From NCBI RefSeq assembly GCF_030144855.1, contig NW_026781270.1, positions 310,001 through 374,000 of the forward strand: DNA of 64,000 nt, read 5' to 3'. Made by a program: the position numbers and the translations under genes. The stretch is from Hypanus sabinus. Its lineage: Eukaryota. The notes under the pieces are model-generated. The model saw only the letters and a list, made by a program, of their open reading frames with translations. It did not search any database and was not told the origin of the DNA. Below, one piece after another: positions 49,595-62,109 of the stretch. The stretch's first letter is position 1. Every line of letters starts with the position of its first letter.

Positions 49595-49875
49595 TTAAGG
49601 GAAGTACAGTTCTCATACCAGTCAGTGATGCAGCCAGTCAGGATGCTCTGAATTGTGTTCCTTTAGAAAGTCCTTAGGATTTGTGTCCCCATCCCAAACT
49701 TCTTCAGCCATCTGAGGTGAAAGAGGCACTGTGCTTTTTTCACAACACAGCCAGTATATGCAGACCATGTGAGATCCTTGGTGACGTTTGTGCCATGGAA
49801 CTTAAAGTTGTTCACCCTCTCAACCCCAGATCCATTGATATCAATAGGGGTTAGCCTGTCTCCATTCCTTCTGTC
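49595..49875 (-). mobile_element. Rex1/Babar fragment
   Basis: Reverse complement similar to 4110-4350. Confidence 0.7.
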
Positions 49876-50767
49876 CAGATTCCAAATGAGCTGAAGACAG
49901 GGTTTTATGATATTCTAGCCATTATTGGGACTTGGTTGCACCCAACAGTCTGAGCGATTTGGAGGAACAAATTTGTAGAGAGGTCCCAGACCATGCCAAG
50001 AAACAAAGGTAGATATTGACTGGGACTCCCATGCTGTAAAAGGAATAGATGGGGTAGAGTTTGTCAAATGTGGCCTTAATCACTACCTAGAATTCCTGAC
50101 GTATAAGTGTGCAATAAGCTGTTAGGAAATGATCCATGGCTGGTGACTGCAATTAGAGATCATAATGCCATGAAATTGAAAGTAAATAAGGAAAAAGAGA
50201 GTTCTGGATCACGGGTTGAGATTCTCAATTGCAGAAAGGTCAATTTTGATGGTATCAGAAAGGATCTGACAAGTGTGGTTTGGGACAGGCTGCTTTCTGG
50301 CAAAGGAGTACTTGGTAAGTGGGAGCCTTCAGAAGTGAAATTTTGAGGGTGTAGAGTGTGTATGTGTCTGTCAAAATAAAAGGTGAAAGGTAACTGGTGC
50401 AGGGAACCTTGGTTCTCAAGAGATATTGAAGCCCCAGATATTTTGTTCCTCTAAATGCCTCAGACTGTTGGGTGCTGCCAAGGCTCTTTAATGACTGTCT
50501 CATTAATCATCATTCTATGTCCTAAACTCATCTGACTTGTTTTTCGGTCTTCTGTTGGTTTCTCAAAGCTTCCCAATTGTTTTTGCTCTTTTGTTTGCTC
50601 TCTCTTTGGCTTTTATGTTGGCTTTGGCTCATTTCAGCTTTGGTTGCGTCCTCCTGCCTTTCCAATGCTTCCATTTCTTTGGGATGTATCGATCACTCAT
50701 CTCCTGAATTGTTCCCAGAAACTCCAGCCATTGCTGCTGCGTTGTCACTCCTACCTTTTCCCTTCCA

Positions 50768-51700
50768 TATATATAACCATATAACAATTACAGCACGGAA
50801 ACAGGCCATCTCGTCCCTTCTAGTCCGTGCCGATGCTAACACTCACATAGTCCCACTGGCCCGCACTCAGCCCATAACCCTCCATTCCTGTCCATATACC
50901 TATCCAATTTTACTTTAAATGACAATACCAAACCTGCCTTTACCACTTCTACTGGAAGCTCGTTCCACACTCTCTGAGTAAAGAAATTCCCCCTCGTGTT
51001 ACCCTTAAACTTTTGCCCCCTAACTCTCAAATCATGTCCTCTTGTTTGAATCTCCTATACTCTCATTGGAAAAAGCCTATCCACATCAACTCAATATATC
51101 CCCATTATTTTAAATACCTCTATCAAGTCCCCCCTCAACCTTCTACGCTCCAAAGAATAAAGACCTAACTTGTTCAGCCTTTCCCTGTAACTTAGGTGCT
51201 GAAACCCAGGTAACATTCTAGTAAAGCTTCTCTGTACTCTCTCTGTTTTGTTGATATCTTTCCTATAATTCAGTGACCAGAACTGTACACAATACTCCAA
51301 ATTTGGCCTTACCAATGCCTTGTACAATTTTAACATTACATCCCATTTCCTATACTCAATGCTCTGATTTATAAAGGCCAGCATACCAAAAGCTTTCTTC
51401 ACCACCCTATCCACATGAGATTCCACCGTCAGGGAACTTGGCACCACTATTCCTAGATCACTCTGTTCTACTGCATTCTTCAATGCCCTACCATTTACTA
51501 CGTATGTCCTATTTGGATTATTCCTACCAAAATGTAGCACCTTACACTTATCAGCATTAAGCTCCATCAGCCATCATTCAGCCCACTCTTTTAACTGGCC
51601 TAAATCTTTCTGCAAGCTTTGAAAACCTACTTCATTATCCACAACGCCACCTACCTTAGTATCATCTGCATATTTACTAATCCAATTTACCACCCCATCA
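50768..51700 (-). mobile_element. Young CR1 3' fragment
   Basis: ORF 51091..51567; (CCATATAA)n tail. Confidence 0.92.
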
Positions 51701-51704
51701 TTTT

Positions 51705-52290
51705 CCAGAATGTTTGTTGTAAAGCTGTGAACAGTAGGCCTGTGTACGTTCCCTGAACATATATCACCAACAAGAACCCATCCTCGGTTCAGCTTCTGTG
51801 CAAAGGGTGCTTTGCCATGACCACTGATATCCTTCCTGATCTTGTGTGCTGTGAGGATATCTCTACCAAGGCAAAGTGGGATTTGGCCTGTATCATCTAC
51901 AGGTGGGATCTGTTTGGCACAACACTTAAGGTTCTAGAGAGCAGCCTCAGGCGTTGGTATTTCTTTCTGACTGTCTGGAATGTCATTACACTCAATTAGT
52001 GTTGGAAGTGTAAGAGTAATGTCACCATTCAATGCTTCAATCTGATAATCTCTCTCTCTTCTAGCTGATCTCTCCATTAGGCTACTACAGGTGTTCAAGA
52101 TGTAGGATGAAGAATCACAATGGATAGCAAACAGATCAGTGAACACTGAACAGGCTAAGGATCTGTTGCTCTGGTCTTTGAGCATAACATACACCTTGAA
52201 AGCATTCTCTTGTTGCCCTTTAGGATACTCTTGAACTAGGCGTATCTTCAAACAGGATTTAGTGGCTAGACTGCTGTTACAAACCTTGCG
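51705..52290 (-). mobile_element. BEL/Pao LTR retrotransposon protease-region relic
   Basis: VYVMLKDQSNRSLA, LPTLIECNDIPDSQKEIPTPE, APFAQKL..GWVLVGD. Confidence 0.75.
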
Positions 52291-53154
52291 TCCCTCTTAA
52301 AAGGGCAAGCAAATCAATCACCTCCTGCTGTGTATGTCTGACCTTAATTTTGAACAGTAGCCAATCATATATACTGTCTCATGGATGTTGGGATATCCTT
52401 AGAGGAGGAGGAGCTTAGGAGAACGAAGGTGCCTAATGGCGACTCCTTTGCTGGCATCTTCAGAAACAGCTCTATTTCTATCTTTAATATCTCTATTTTT
52501 CCCTTCCAGGCTACTTTTGAAGACCCTGAGCTGGAGTTACACCCTGACTTTGGTTCTTTGCAGGAATTCAACCAGCTGTCAATGTCACACAACTATATGA
52601 TATGCCAAGAACAAGGCTTAGAAGACTACCTTGTCTTCAGGGTTCCAGGATTTTGAGGCTCTGGAGGTGGATGGACAATTGTAAGGAACAATGCAATAGG
52701 CTGTAAAACATAATTTTCCTGAACTGGATTGAAGAATCATGTAAACATTGTAAAAAGTCTATATAGTTCTGTTCGCAGAGGGTAAGAAAAATTATTGCGT
52801 TCCAAAGGTGTCAGCTTGGCTTATCCTTGCCACTATGTTAGAATCTCAATTGCCTGAGCAGACACTTAAGCAATCCTGACATTTCAGAGCGATACGGGGA
52901 GAACGCCATAATGCCAGAAGTGCTCTCTTTCAAAACTAAATCTATACTTGCTTTTTCAGGCAAATGTAACAAATGCCATAACCTTTTGTCTAGTGGGAAA
53001 TCCTTCTCTCTTTCTAAACCAATCTCTGTTCCTCAACCAAAATCACTAACAGATTACCTGCCCTGGTTGTTTTCGTTCCCTACGTTACAACTGACTACAT
53101 TTCAACAGTACAGTGGATTCCAGTTAATCGGGTTATATCAGGACCAGTAAATTT

Positions 53155-53648
53155 TAACCATATAACAATCACAGCACGGAAACAGGCCATCTTGGCCCTC
53201 CTAGTCCGTGCCGAATCGTTAATCTCACCTAGTCCCACCTACCCGCACTCAGCCCATAACCCTCCACTCCTTTCCTGTCCATATACCTATCCAATTTTAC
53301 CTTAAATGACACAACTGAACTGGCCTCTACTACTTCTACAGGAAGCTCATTCCACACAGCTATCACTCTTTGAGTAAAGAAATACCCCCTCGCGTTTCCC
53401 TTAAACTTCTGCCCCCTAACTCTCAAATCATGTCCTCTAGTTTGAATCTCCCCTACTCTCAATGGAAACAGCCTGTTCACGTCAACTCTATCTATCCCTC
53501 TCAAAATTTTAAATACCTCGATCAAATCCCCCCTCAACCTTCTACGCTCCAATGAATAGAGACCTAACTTGTTCAACCTTTCTCTGTAACTTAATTGCTG
53601 AAACCCAGGTAACATCCTAGTAAATCGCCTCTGCACTCTCTCTAATTT
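53155..53648 (-). mobile_element. Young CR1 3' fragment, same subfamily as 50768-51700
   Basis: Intact ORF2 C-terminus ERVQRRFTRMLPG...GYGLSAGRWD; same tail. Confidence 0.93.
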
Positions 53649-53649
53649 C

Positions 53650-56600
53650 CAAACAAGTTCGGCCAGCTTCTCTGTCATAGAAACATGTTGAAGTTCAGTA
53701 TGGAAACAGACTATTTGCCCATCTAGTCAATGCTGAAAGTACATTCAAGCTGTCTAATGCATCTACCTGCACTGGGACCATCGCCCTCCAAACACCTACC
53801 ATCTAGGCTCCCTTCCAAACTTCTTTGAAACGGTGAATCCGAGCTGGCGTGCACCACTTGTGCTGGCATTTCACTCTGCACTCTCATGGCCAATTCATTG
53901 AAGAGATTTTCCACATGTTCCCCATAAATTTTCACCTCCCCACTTACCCATAACCTCTGGTTGTTGTCACACTTAACATCATTTGAAAAGCCTGCTTGAA
54001 TTTACCCGTTCTATAGCCTTATATTTTGTCTACACTGAAACATAGAAAACCTACATTACGATACATGCCTTTTGGCCCACAAAGCCGGGCCAAACATATC
54101 CTTACCTTAGAATTACCTAGGCTTACCCATAGCCCTCTAATTTTCTGAGCTCCATGTATCCATCCAGGACTCTCTTAAAGGACCCTTTCATTTCCGCCTC
54201 CACCACCGCCACTGGCAGCCAATTCCACACACTCACCACTCTCTGTGTAAAAAAAAACTAACTTCTGTACTAACAAATCTTCAAAGCAAAGAATATTTTC
54301 CTTTTTTTATGTTTAGAGCCTTTTTTTAGGTGTATAAGATGATGAGGGGCATTGATCGTGTGGATAGTCAGAGGCTTTTTCCCAGGGCTGAAAAAGCTAA
54401 CACAAGGGGGCATAGTTTTAAAGTGCTTGGAAATGGGTACCGAGGGGATATCGGGTAAGTTTTTCACACCGAGAGTGGTGCATGCATGGAATGTACTGTT
54501 AGCAGCGGTGGTAAAGGCGGATAAAATAGGGTTTTTTTTAACAGCTTCTTAGTTAGGAACATGGAGCTTAGAGAAATAGAGGACTATGCACTAGGGAAAT
54601 TCTACGCAGTTTGTAGAGTACGTTACATGGTTGGCACAACATTGTGGGCTGAATGGACTGGAATATGCTGTAGACATCTATGCTCTATGTTGAACAGCAA
54701 AATAACTTTTCTTCTTTAATTGGTACAGGGTCCACGATTTTAATGCCGCTTTTTCACACTCCCTTAGACGCTTTGTCCATCTCCTGAGTAAATAGAGATG
54801 AAAAAATATTTAACATCTCCCCCATCTGCTTTGGTTCCACACATGGATTGCATTCCGGTCTTCCAGAGGACCAACTTTCTGCCTTACAATCCTTTTGCTC
54901 TTAATCTGTCTCTGGAAGCCCTGAGGATTATCCTTCATCTTTTCTGCGACAACAACCTCATGCTGTTCTTTAGCCATTCTGATTTATTGCTTATGTGTCC
55001 TCTTGAATTTTTTATACTCCATTAGAACCTGCCTGCCTATCCCTGTTATGCAACTTCATTTTGTGCTTCACCAGGGTCTCCATATCTCTTGAAATCCAAG
55101 GTTCCCTACAATTTCGATCTTTACCTTTTATTCTGAGAAGCACATACCCACTTTGTACTTTCAAAATTTCGCTTTGAAGGCCTCCCACTGACCAAGCACA
55201 CCTTTGCCATAAAGCAGCCTGTTCCAGTCCACAGTTGCCAGATCCTAGTGTCTTAATTCCAGGTGTTGATCCATGCCCTGAACACATCCACCTTTCCTAC
55301 GCTACTCCTTGTATTGCAATATACAGGGCTGAGCATATTCACTGCATCATGCTCAACGTTTTTCATTCCTGACCTTGTCTGAGGACAGAACAACATCTGT
55401 CTCCACAAACTCTCCACTATCTGTTCTGTTATTCAGGCTCCCATTCCCCTGCAACTTTAGTTTCACAGACCCCACCCACCGTGCAGCACTGGCAAGCCTT
55501 ACCAGTGGGATATCAGACACATTCTTGTTTCGTTCCCCAAACTCATGAATCTTCTATCACCCCTTTGGCTTTCCTCTCCCAGTTCAATAACAAGGAGTTG
55601 CATACCAGGTACAGTCAAATAGGAACAAATGGGATACTTATGAAGTACAGGAAATTCAAGTGAACACTTATGAAAGAAATAAAAGAAGACATGAGGTTGC
55701 CCCAGCAGACAAGGTGAAGGAGAATCCTCAGGGATTGTGCAAATATGTTAAGAGCAAAAAGATTGCAAGGGAAAATAATGAATCCTCCTGAAGTTCAGAA
55801 TGGTAATCAATATGAGGAGACAAAATATATGGGGGAGATTTAAAATATTATATTTACATCTATATTTACTCAGGAGATGGACACAGCATCTATAGAAGTG
55901 AGGCAAAGCAGCATTAACTTCACGGACCCTGGACAGATTACAGAAGTGGAGGTGTTTGCTGTCTTAAGGCAAAATAGTGTGGATATATTCCCTGGACCTG
56001 ACAGGTTGTTCCCTGGAGCCCAGCAGAAACCAAGTACAGAAATTGTCGGGGCTCAAGCACATCCTCAGTGACAAGTGAGGTACTGGAGGATTGGATGTTC
56101 CCAATGTTGTTGCTAATGTTGTTCCGCTGCTCAAGAAAGGCTCTAATAATAAACGAGGAAATTATACATCGGTGACCTTGACATCCGTCATGGGAAAGTT
56201 ATTGGAACGTATGTGCAGGAAACAGATGTATAAGTATTTGGATAGATGTGGATTAATTAAGGATAGGCAGCATGGCTTTGTGCATGGTAGGTCATGTCTA
56301 ACCAGTCTTATAGAGTCTCTCGAGGAAGTTATCAGGAAAGTGGATGAAGGCAAGGCAACGGATGTTGTCTACATGGACTTTAGCAAGGCACTTGACAAAG
56401 TCTCACATGGGAGGTGGGTCAACAAGGTTCAGTCACTCAGTATTCAAGATGAGATAGTAAATTAGACGAGACACTGTCTTTGGGAGAAGCCAGAGTGTGG
56501 TAGCAGATGGTCGCCTCCCTGACTGGAGGCCTGTGATTAGTGGTGTGCCACAGGGATCAGTGCTGAGTCTGATGTTGTTTGTCATCTATATCAGTAATCT

Positions 56601-57430
56601 GGATGATGGTGTGGTTAGCTGGATCAGCAAATTTGTGGATGACACCAAGTCTGGTGGTGTAGTGTTCAGAGAGGAAGACTGTCATGGCCTGCACTGTGAA
56701 CTGGACCAGCTGCAAAGACCAGGGTAGGTCTGACACAGTGACTGGTCGGGCACTGAGGAGTGTTGTAGAAGAAAGGGATTTGGGAATACAGGTCTATATT
56801 TCACTGAAAGTAGTGTCACAGATCGATAGGGACAGAATGAAAGATTTCGTCACATTGGCCTTCATAAACCGACGTACTGATTACAGGAGATGGACGTTAT
56901 GTTGACTTTGTACAAGACATTGGTGAGGCCTAATTTGGAGTATTGTGTGCGGTTTTGGTCACCTGCCTACATGAAAGATGTAAAAGAGGTTCCGAGAGTT
57001 CAGAGAAAATTCACAAGGATGTTGCCAGGTCTGGAGCACTTGGGTTACAAGGAGAGGCTGAACAGGTCAGGACATTATTTCTTGGAATATAGAAGATTGA
57101 GTGGAGATTTGTTTGTGAAAGAAGGGCATAGATAGGGTAAATGCCAGTTTGCTTTTTCCATTCAGATGGGGTGAGACTACAACCAGAGGCCATGGGTTAA
57201 GTGTGAAAGGTGAAACGTTAAGGGAAACTTGAGGGGAAACATCTTGACACTGTTGATCATCTGGGTGTGGAATGAGTAGTCAGCACATGTGGTGCATGCG
57301 TGCTTGATTTCAACATTTAAGAGGTTCGTATAGTACCTGGATAGTAGGGCTACGGGAGTAGACTGTTTCAATGGTTCAACATAAGCTAGATGGGCCAAAG
57401 GGCCTGTGTCTGTATTGTATTTTTCCATGA
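53650..57430. mobile_element. Degenerate CR1 mosaic (ZNF-B intron)
   Basis: Colinear with 21925-25225; [28 protein letters not shown]. Confidence 0.85.
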
Positions 57431-58295
57431 CTGTGACAAGTGCCTGAAATAATACTAACATTCACTCGAATTCTGTGCTGACCAACAATCCTGTACAGCT
57501 GAGTGGGAGATATTCACATGGCATTAAAACTGTGGCCGTTTAAATTAACAGTACATCAAAGAAATTCCATCTACGTGACAAGAAAGACTATTTGTGTGAG
57601 ACTGTTTCAGTTCCTGTGGGGCCAGGCAGCCATACAGCTCAGTGGCAACAGGGAATGACACCAATGGAGAGAGTCAAACTGAGCCAGGTCACAGATTGGA
57701 GACGGCAGAAATGTCCCATTCTTACAGAGACAGGAAGAGCATCAAAGAGTTTGATGGTCATTCCTGAACCCAGCACTGTGCCCAGTTAGAACCTCACTGT
57801 AACAGTGTGATGCCAGATTACACCTTGACAATTCGAGTGATCTCGTCTGAAATTTTGACCTATACCCATTGATGGATTTTGTAAATCTTTTTACAGGTTA
57901 AAAACAACAAGGAATTTGTCTATGGGAATTCAAACACAACACACCAGTTTTGCTGTCTCTGTCCAGATATTTTAGGAGTGGAGCAAGGGATTCAATCGAC
58001 CATCCTTCCTACTCAGACTGTGGAGAGGGATTTGCTCAATCATCTGACCGACTGGCATGCCCATCATCTTACACATGGGAGAACCCACTCAGACAGTGGG
58101 ATTGGATTCAGTTGGTCATCACAACTGAAGGTACATCAGCAAGTTCACACTGGGGCAAGGCCATTCACCTGTTCTGTGTGTGAGAAGGGATTCAGAAGGT
58201 CTTCCCACCTGTGGACACACCAGTCAGTTCACACTGGGCAGAGGCTGGTCAGCCGCTGAAGTTATAGGGAAAGATTCACTTGGTCATCTGACCTA

Positions 58296-59171
58296 ATGGC
58301 TCACCAGCGAGTTCACACCAGGGAGCAGCTGTTCACCTGCATGGACTGTGGGAAGGGATTCACTTCTTCATCTCAACTGAAGCTACATCAGCGAATTCAC
58401 ACTGGGGAGAAGCCGTTCACCTGCTCAGACTGTGGGAAGACATTCACTCAGTCAGCCCACCTAAAGAGACACCAGAGTGTTCACACTGGAGAGAAGCCAT
58501 TCACCTGCTCAGTCTGTGAGAAGGGATTCATTCAATCATCTGACCTACAGATACACCAGACAGTTCACACTGGGGAGAGGCCATTCACCTGCTCAATCTG
58601 TGGGAAGACATTCAGTCAGTCATCCTACCTACAAAGACACCAGAGAGTTCACACCGCGGAGAAGCCTTTCACCTGCTCAGAATGTGGGAAAGGATTCTCT
58701 CGATCATCCAATCTACAGAGTCACCAGCGAGTTCACACTGGAGAGAGGCCATTCAGCTGCCCACACTGTGGGAAGGGATTCTCTCTGGCATGTCACCTAC
58801 TGAGTCACCAGACAGTTCACACTGGAGAGAGGCCATTCACCTGCTCAGACTGTGGGAAGGGATTCAGTCAGTCATCAAACCTAATGGCTCACCGACGAAT
58901 TCACACTGGGGAGAGGCCGTTCACCTGCTCAGTCTGTGGGAAAGGATTCACTTGCTCATCTCACCGACTGAGACATCAGTCAGTTCACAATGCTGAGAGG
59001 CAGTTCAGCTGCTCAGAATGTGGGAAGGGATTCACTCGGTCATCTTCCTTATTGGCACACCAGCGAGTTCACACTGGGGAGAGACCATTCACCTGCTGTA
59101 AATGTGGGAAGGGATCCCGCCGATCAATCATGTACAGAGACACCAGCGAGATCACACTGGGTGGAGGCTGA
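58296..59171 (+). CDS. Tandem C2H2 zinc-finger protein ZNF-B (9 intact fingers, no effector domain)
   Basis: 291-aa ORF; acceptor TTTTTACAG at 57896; decayed fingers on both sides. Confidence 0.9.
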   Translation: MAHQRVHTREQLFTCMDCGKGFTSSSQLKLHQRIHTGEKPFTCSDCGKTFTQSAHLKRHQSVHTGEKPFTCSVCEKGFIQSSDLQIHQTVHTGERPFTCSICGKTFSQSSYLQRHQRVHTAEKPFTCSECGKGFSRSSNLQSHQRVHTGERPFSCPHCGKGFSLACHLLSHQTVHTGERPFTCSDCGKGFSQSSNLMAHRRIHTGERPFTCSVCGKGFTCSSHRLRHQSVHNAERQFSCSECGKGFTRSSSLLAHQRVHTGERPFTCCKCGKGSRRSIMYRDTSEITLGGG

Positions 59172-59989
59172 TCACCTGCTCAGACATTGGGAAGAATTTC
59201 TCTCAGACATCTCCGCCAAATGTGCATCATTGAGTTCACACTGTGAAGAGGCCGTTCACCTGCTGTGAATGTGGGAAGGGATTCACTCAGTAATCTAACC
59301 TTGTGACACACTGCTGGGTTCACACTGGGGAGAAAGTTTTAGTAAGCTTCATGCTGGAGATTTGCCCATCACCGTTGCGGAATGCAATTTCAAGAGTGAC
59401 TGTCGGTGATGAACTCTGCAATTATTGCTGCTGCTCCCCACACCCAGTTCTGTACCCTGGTCACTGGGCATGGCAGGAGTTTCTTCTGCTGCACATTCAC
59501 CTTTAATAGGACTGGAGTTTAATATTGTGGGTCTGAGACAAATAATTAGTTCTATTTTAAACTCTGTCTCCAGTACTTAGTGAATTTATAACACAGCTAG
59601 AGTACAGTAGAGTCAATTCAGGCTGGTTGAACCCTGCCAGTGATTCAGTTCTATGACAGTCCTTTGAAATCCTCCAATTTCTGGGGTGAAGAGGAATGAC
59701 ATTGGCAGTTAACCCCCTTATTCAGGGCTCATTTCCACATTATGGGTCATTTTCCCTGCTTCTAAAGGGTTGTTAGAAAACACCACTGTCCTGTAAAGGC
59801 TGAAAGCAGAATGGGAAACCATTAGTTCAACCAAGTGGGGTTAGAAACCAGAGGCTGGTCTGCACAGGGCAGAGTTTGGGGCTCTGGATGATGGTCGGGT
59901 TAAGACCGTATGATGAGGAGAAGGGAACCAGCAACGGGGCGGACAACGAATGACAGAGTAGCAACATTTGGAAGCTAATTGACAGAGAT

Positions 59990-60905
59990 AATAATTCAAT
60001 TGTCTGACTGATGACACAAATAATGCCTGTGGTGAGGTACTCCATTGGTTGAGGAACTAGTGTGTTCAGAATAGTTTTTTCTATTGAGGGAGTTGTTCCT
60101 GCTTGCTTATCCTGTAATATTATATCCATTTGGTTATTATGGATTGTCCTATCTGCAATAATGTATTGATTATCCTATAGTTTGTAAGATTTTGACTCTA
60201 AAACTGGATCAGGCCTAAATTCATGGTGCTATAATGAAGTTATAGTGGTCATGAATGGGTTTGTGTTTTAAAGCAAGATTTTGGTGAATGATATTTACCA
60301 CCTGATTGTACCTTTGTAAGTAATCAGATTGAGTTAAACTGCTGCAGGATCCTGGAATGTGTTGGATTGTGTCTGGTTTCTCCCGGCATTTTCTGCATTT
60401 ATTGCCTTTTTTGTTTGTCTTTTATGTATTTCTGTTTATTTTAAAATGTAATTCCCCAAGGCACCCGTTTCTGGGAAGAGGTCTCCAACTCTGAGTCGGG
60501 CGCTCGATGCTTCCTTGTCACCATCTGGTCTGCTCAGATCATTGGGATGTCTCCCATGGAGGGTCATACTCATTCCACTGGTTAATGTTTTCTTCCATAG
60601 TGATGATTCATTTTTCTGAGTTGGCCTTTCATTTAAGTTTTCTGGTCTGTATTTCAAATCAGATTTGTATATACCTGTCTGGTGTGCTGAATCCTGTTTA
60701 TTTTGTATGAAAATGTATACTTTAGAAATCTTATCAGACATTTGATTTTTTTAAATGACTATTATAGCTCTTCCCAGTTCTGTCCTCGGTAATTTTCATC
60801 TAAGTGGTAAATAGGGTTTTCTGAATTTGTCATTTCAGTTCTTGTTTTTCTTTGTGAAGTTTCCAGATTGGAATGGGACTAAGGTATTTTGAAAAAAATA
60901 ATACA
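59990..60905 (-). mobile_element. R4/Dong-clade non-LTR retrotransposon relic
   Basis: MTLHGRHP..LSRPD.DKEAS..LRVGDLFPET, CRKC..ETIQHI..SC zinc knuckle, DIILQDKQ restriction-like endonuclease motif. Confidence 0.75.
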
Positions 60906-60909
60906 CTAA

Positions 60910-61918
60910 TATGGATCTAACAAACGTGCGAATGGATAGCAGACCACTGGAAAACGAGGCTGGAGGGGTAGTAATGGGGAACGTGGAGCTGGCAGATGAA
61001 CTGAATAAGTATTTTACATAAGTCTTCACTCCAGAAGACACGAGCAGGATGATAAATGTCTAGATGTCAGTGGTCAGAATTATGTAAAGTTACATTACTC
61101 ATGAGAAGGTTCTTGGGAAGCAGAACGGTCTGAAGGTAAACAGGTCACCCGGAGTAGATGGTGCACATCTGAGAGTTCTGAAAGAGGTGGCTGAAAAGAT
61201 TCTGGAGGGATTAGTAACAATGCCTCAAGAATCAGTGGGCTCTGGTATGGTTCTGGAAGACTGGAAATTTGGAAATATCACTCCACTCTTCAAGAAGGTA
61301 GAGAGGTAGAAGATACAAGATTATGAGGCAGGTAGTCTGACCTCACTGTTTGGGAAGATATTGGATTCGGATGTTGAGGATGTATTTTCAGGGTATTTGG
61401 GGCACATGATACAATCAGCCATTTTCATCATGTTGTCTTAAAGGGAGAATCATACTTGACAAGTATGTTGACGTTCTTTGAATTTATTGAAGAAGTAATA
61501 AGCAAGGTAGATGGAGGGGAATCAGTTGATGATAGGCACCTGGGCTTTCAGAAGGTACTTGACAAGGTGCCACCCATGGGTCTGCTTAACAAGTAATGAG
61601 CCCATGATATTACATGAAAGTCTCTTGCATGGATAAAGCAGTAGCTGATTCGCAAGAGGCAAAGATAGTAATATGGGGAACCCTTTCCAGTTGGATGGCA
61701 GTGACTATTGATGTTCCACAGGGACCTGTGTTGGGACAGATTCTTTTCATATTACATGGTAATGACATAGATGTTAGAATTGATGGCTTTGTTGCAGAGT
61801 TTGCTGATGATACCAAGACAGGTGGAGGGACAGGTAGTTTTGAAGAAGTAGAGAGGTAATAAAACAACTTCATCAGATTAAAGGAATGGGCAAAGAAACA
61901 GGAGATGGAATACAGTGC
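60910..61918 (+). mobile_element. Old CR1 ORF2 fragment
   Basis: DVPQGPVLG, FADDTK motifs. Confidence 0.85.
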
Positions 61919-62109
61919 AGGGGCTACAGGTCTGCCCTTTGGTGCACAGGTTACCTCAGCTTAATGTTGCATTAGAGGCGAAACACTCGGAGACAATTTC
62001 ATTTTGTTACAAGCAAATAGCCATTTTTGAACTAGAGGTAAAGTGCATTTCCGTCGTGGTGGAGAAGCTCCCAAACACGCCTCGCCATCTGTGGAAAAAA
62101 ACCTTCCAG

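Noticed and set aside
52290-53100. Host gene fragment (ORFs 52381..52656, 52911..53150)
   Set aside because: No recognisable motif or splice structure; left unassigned within the composite insert.
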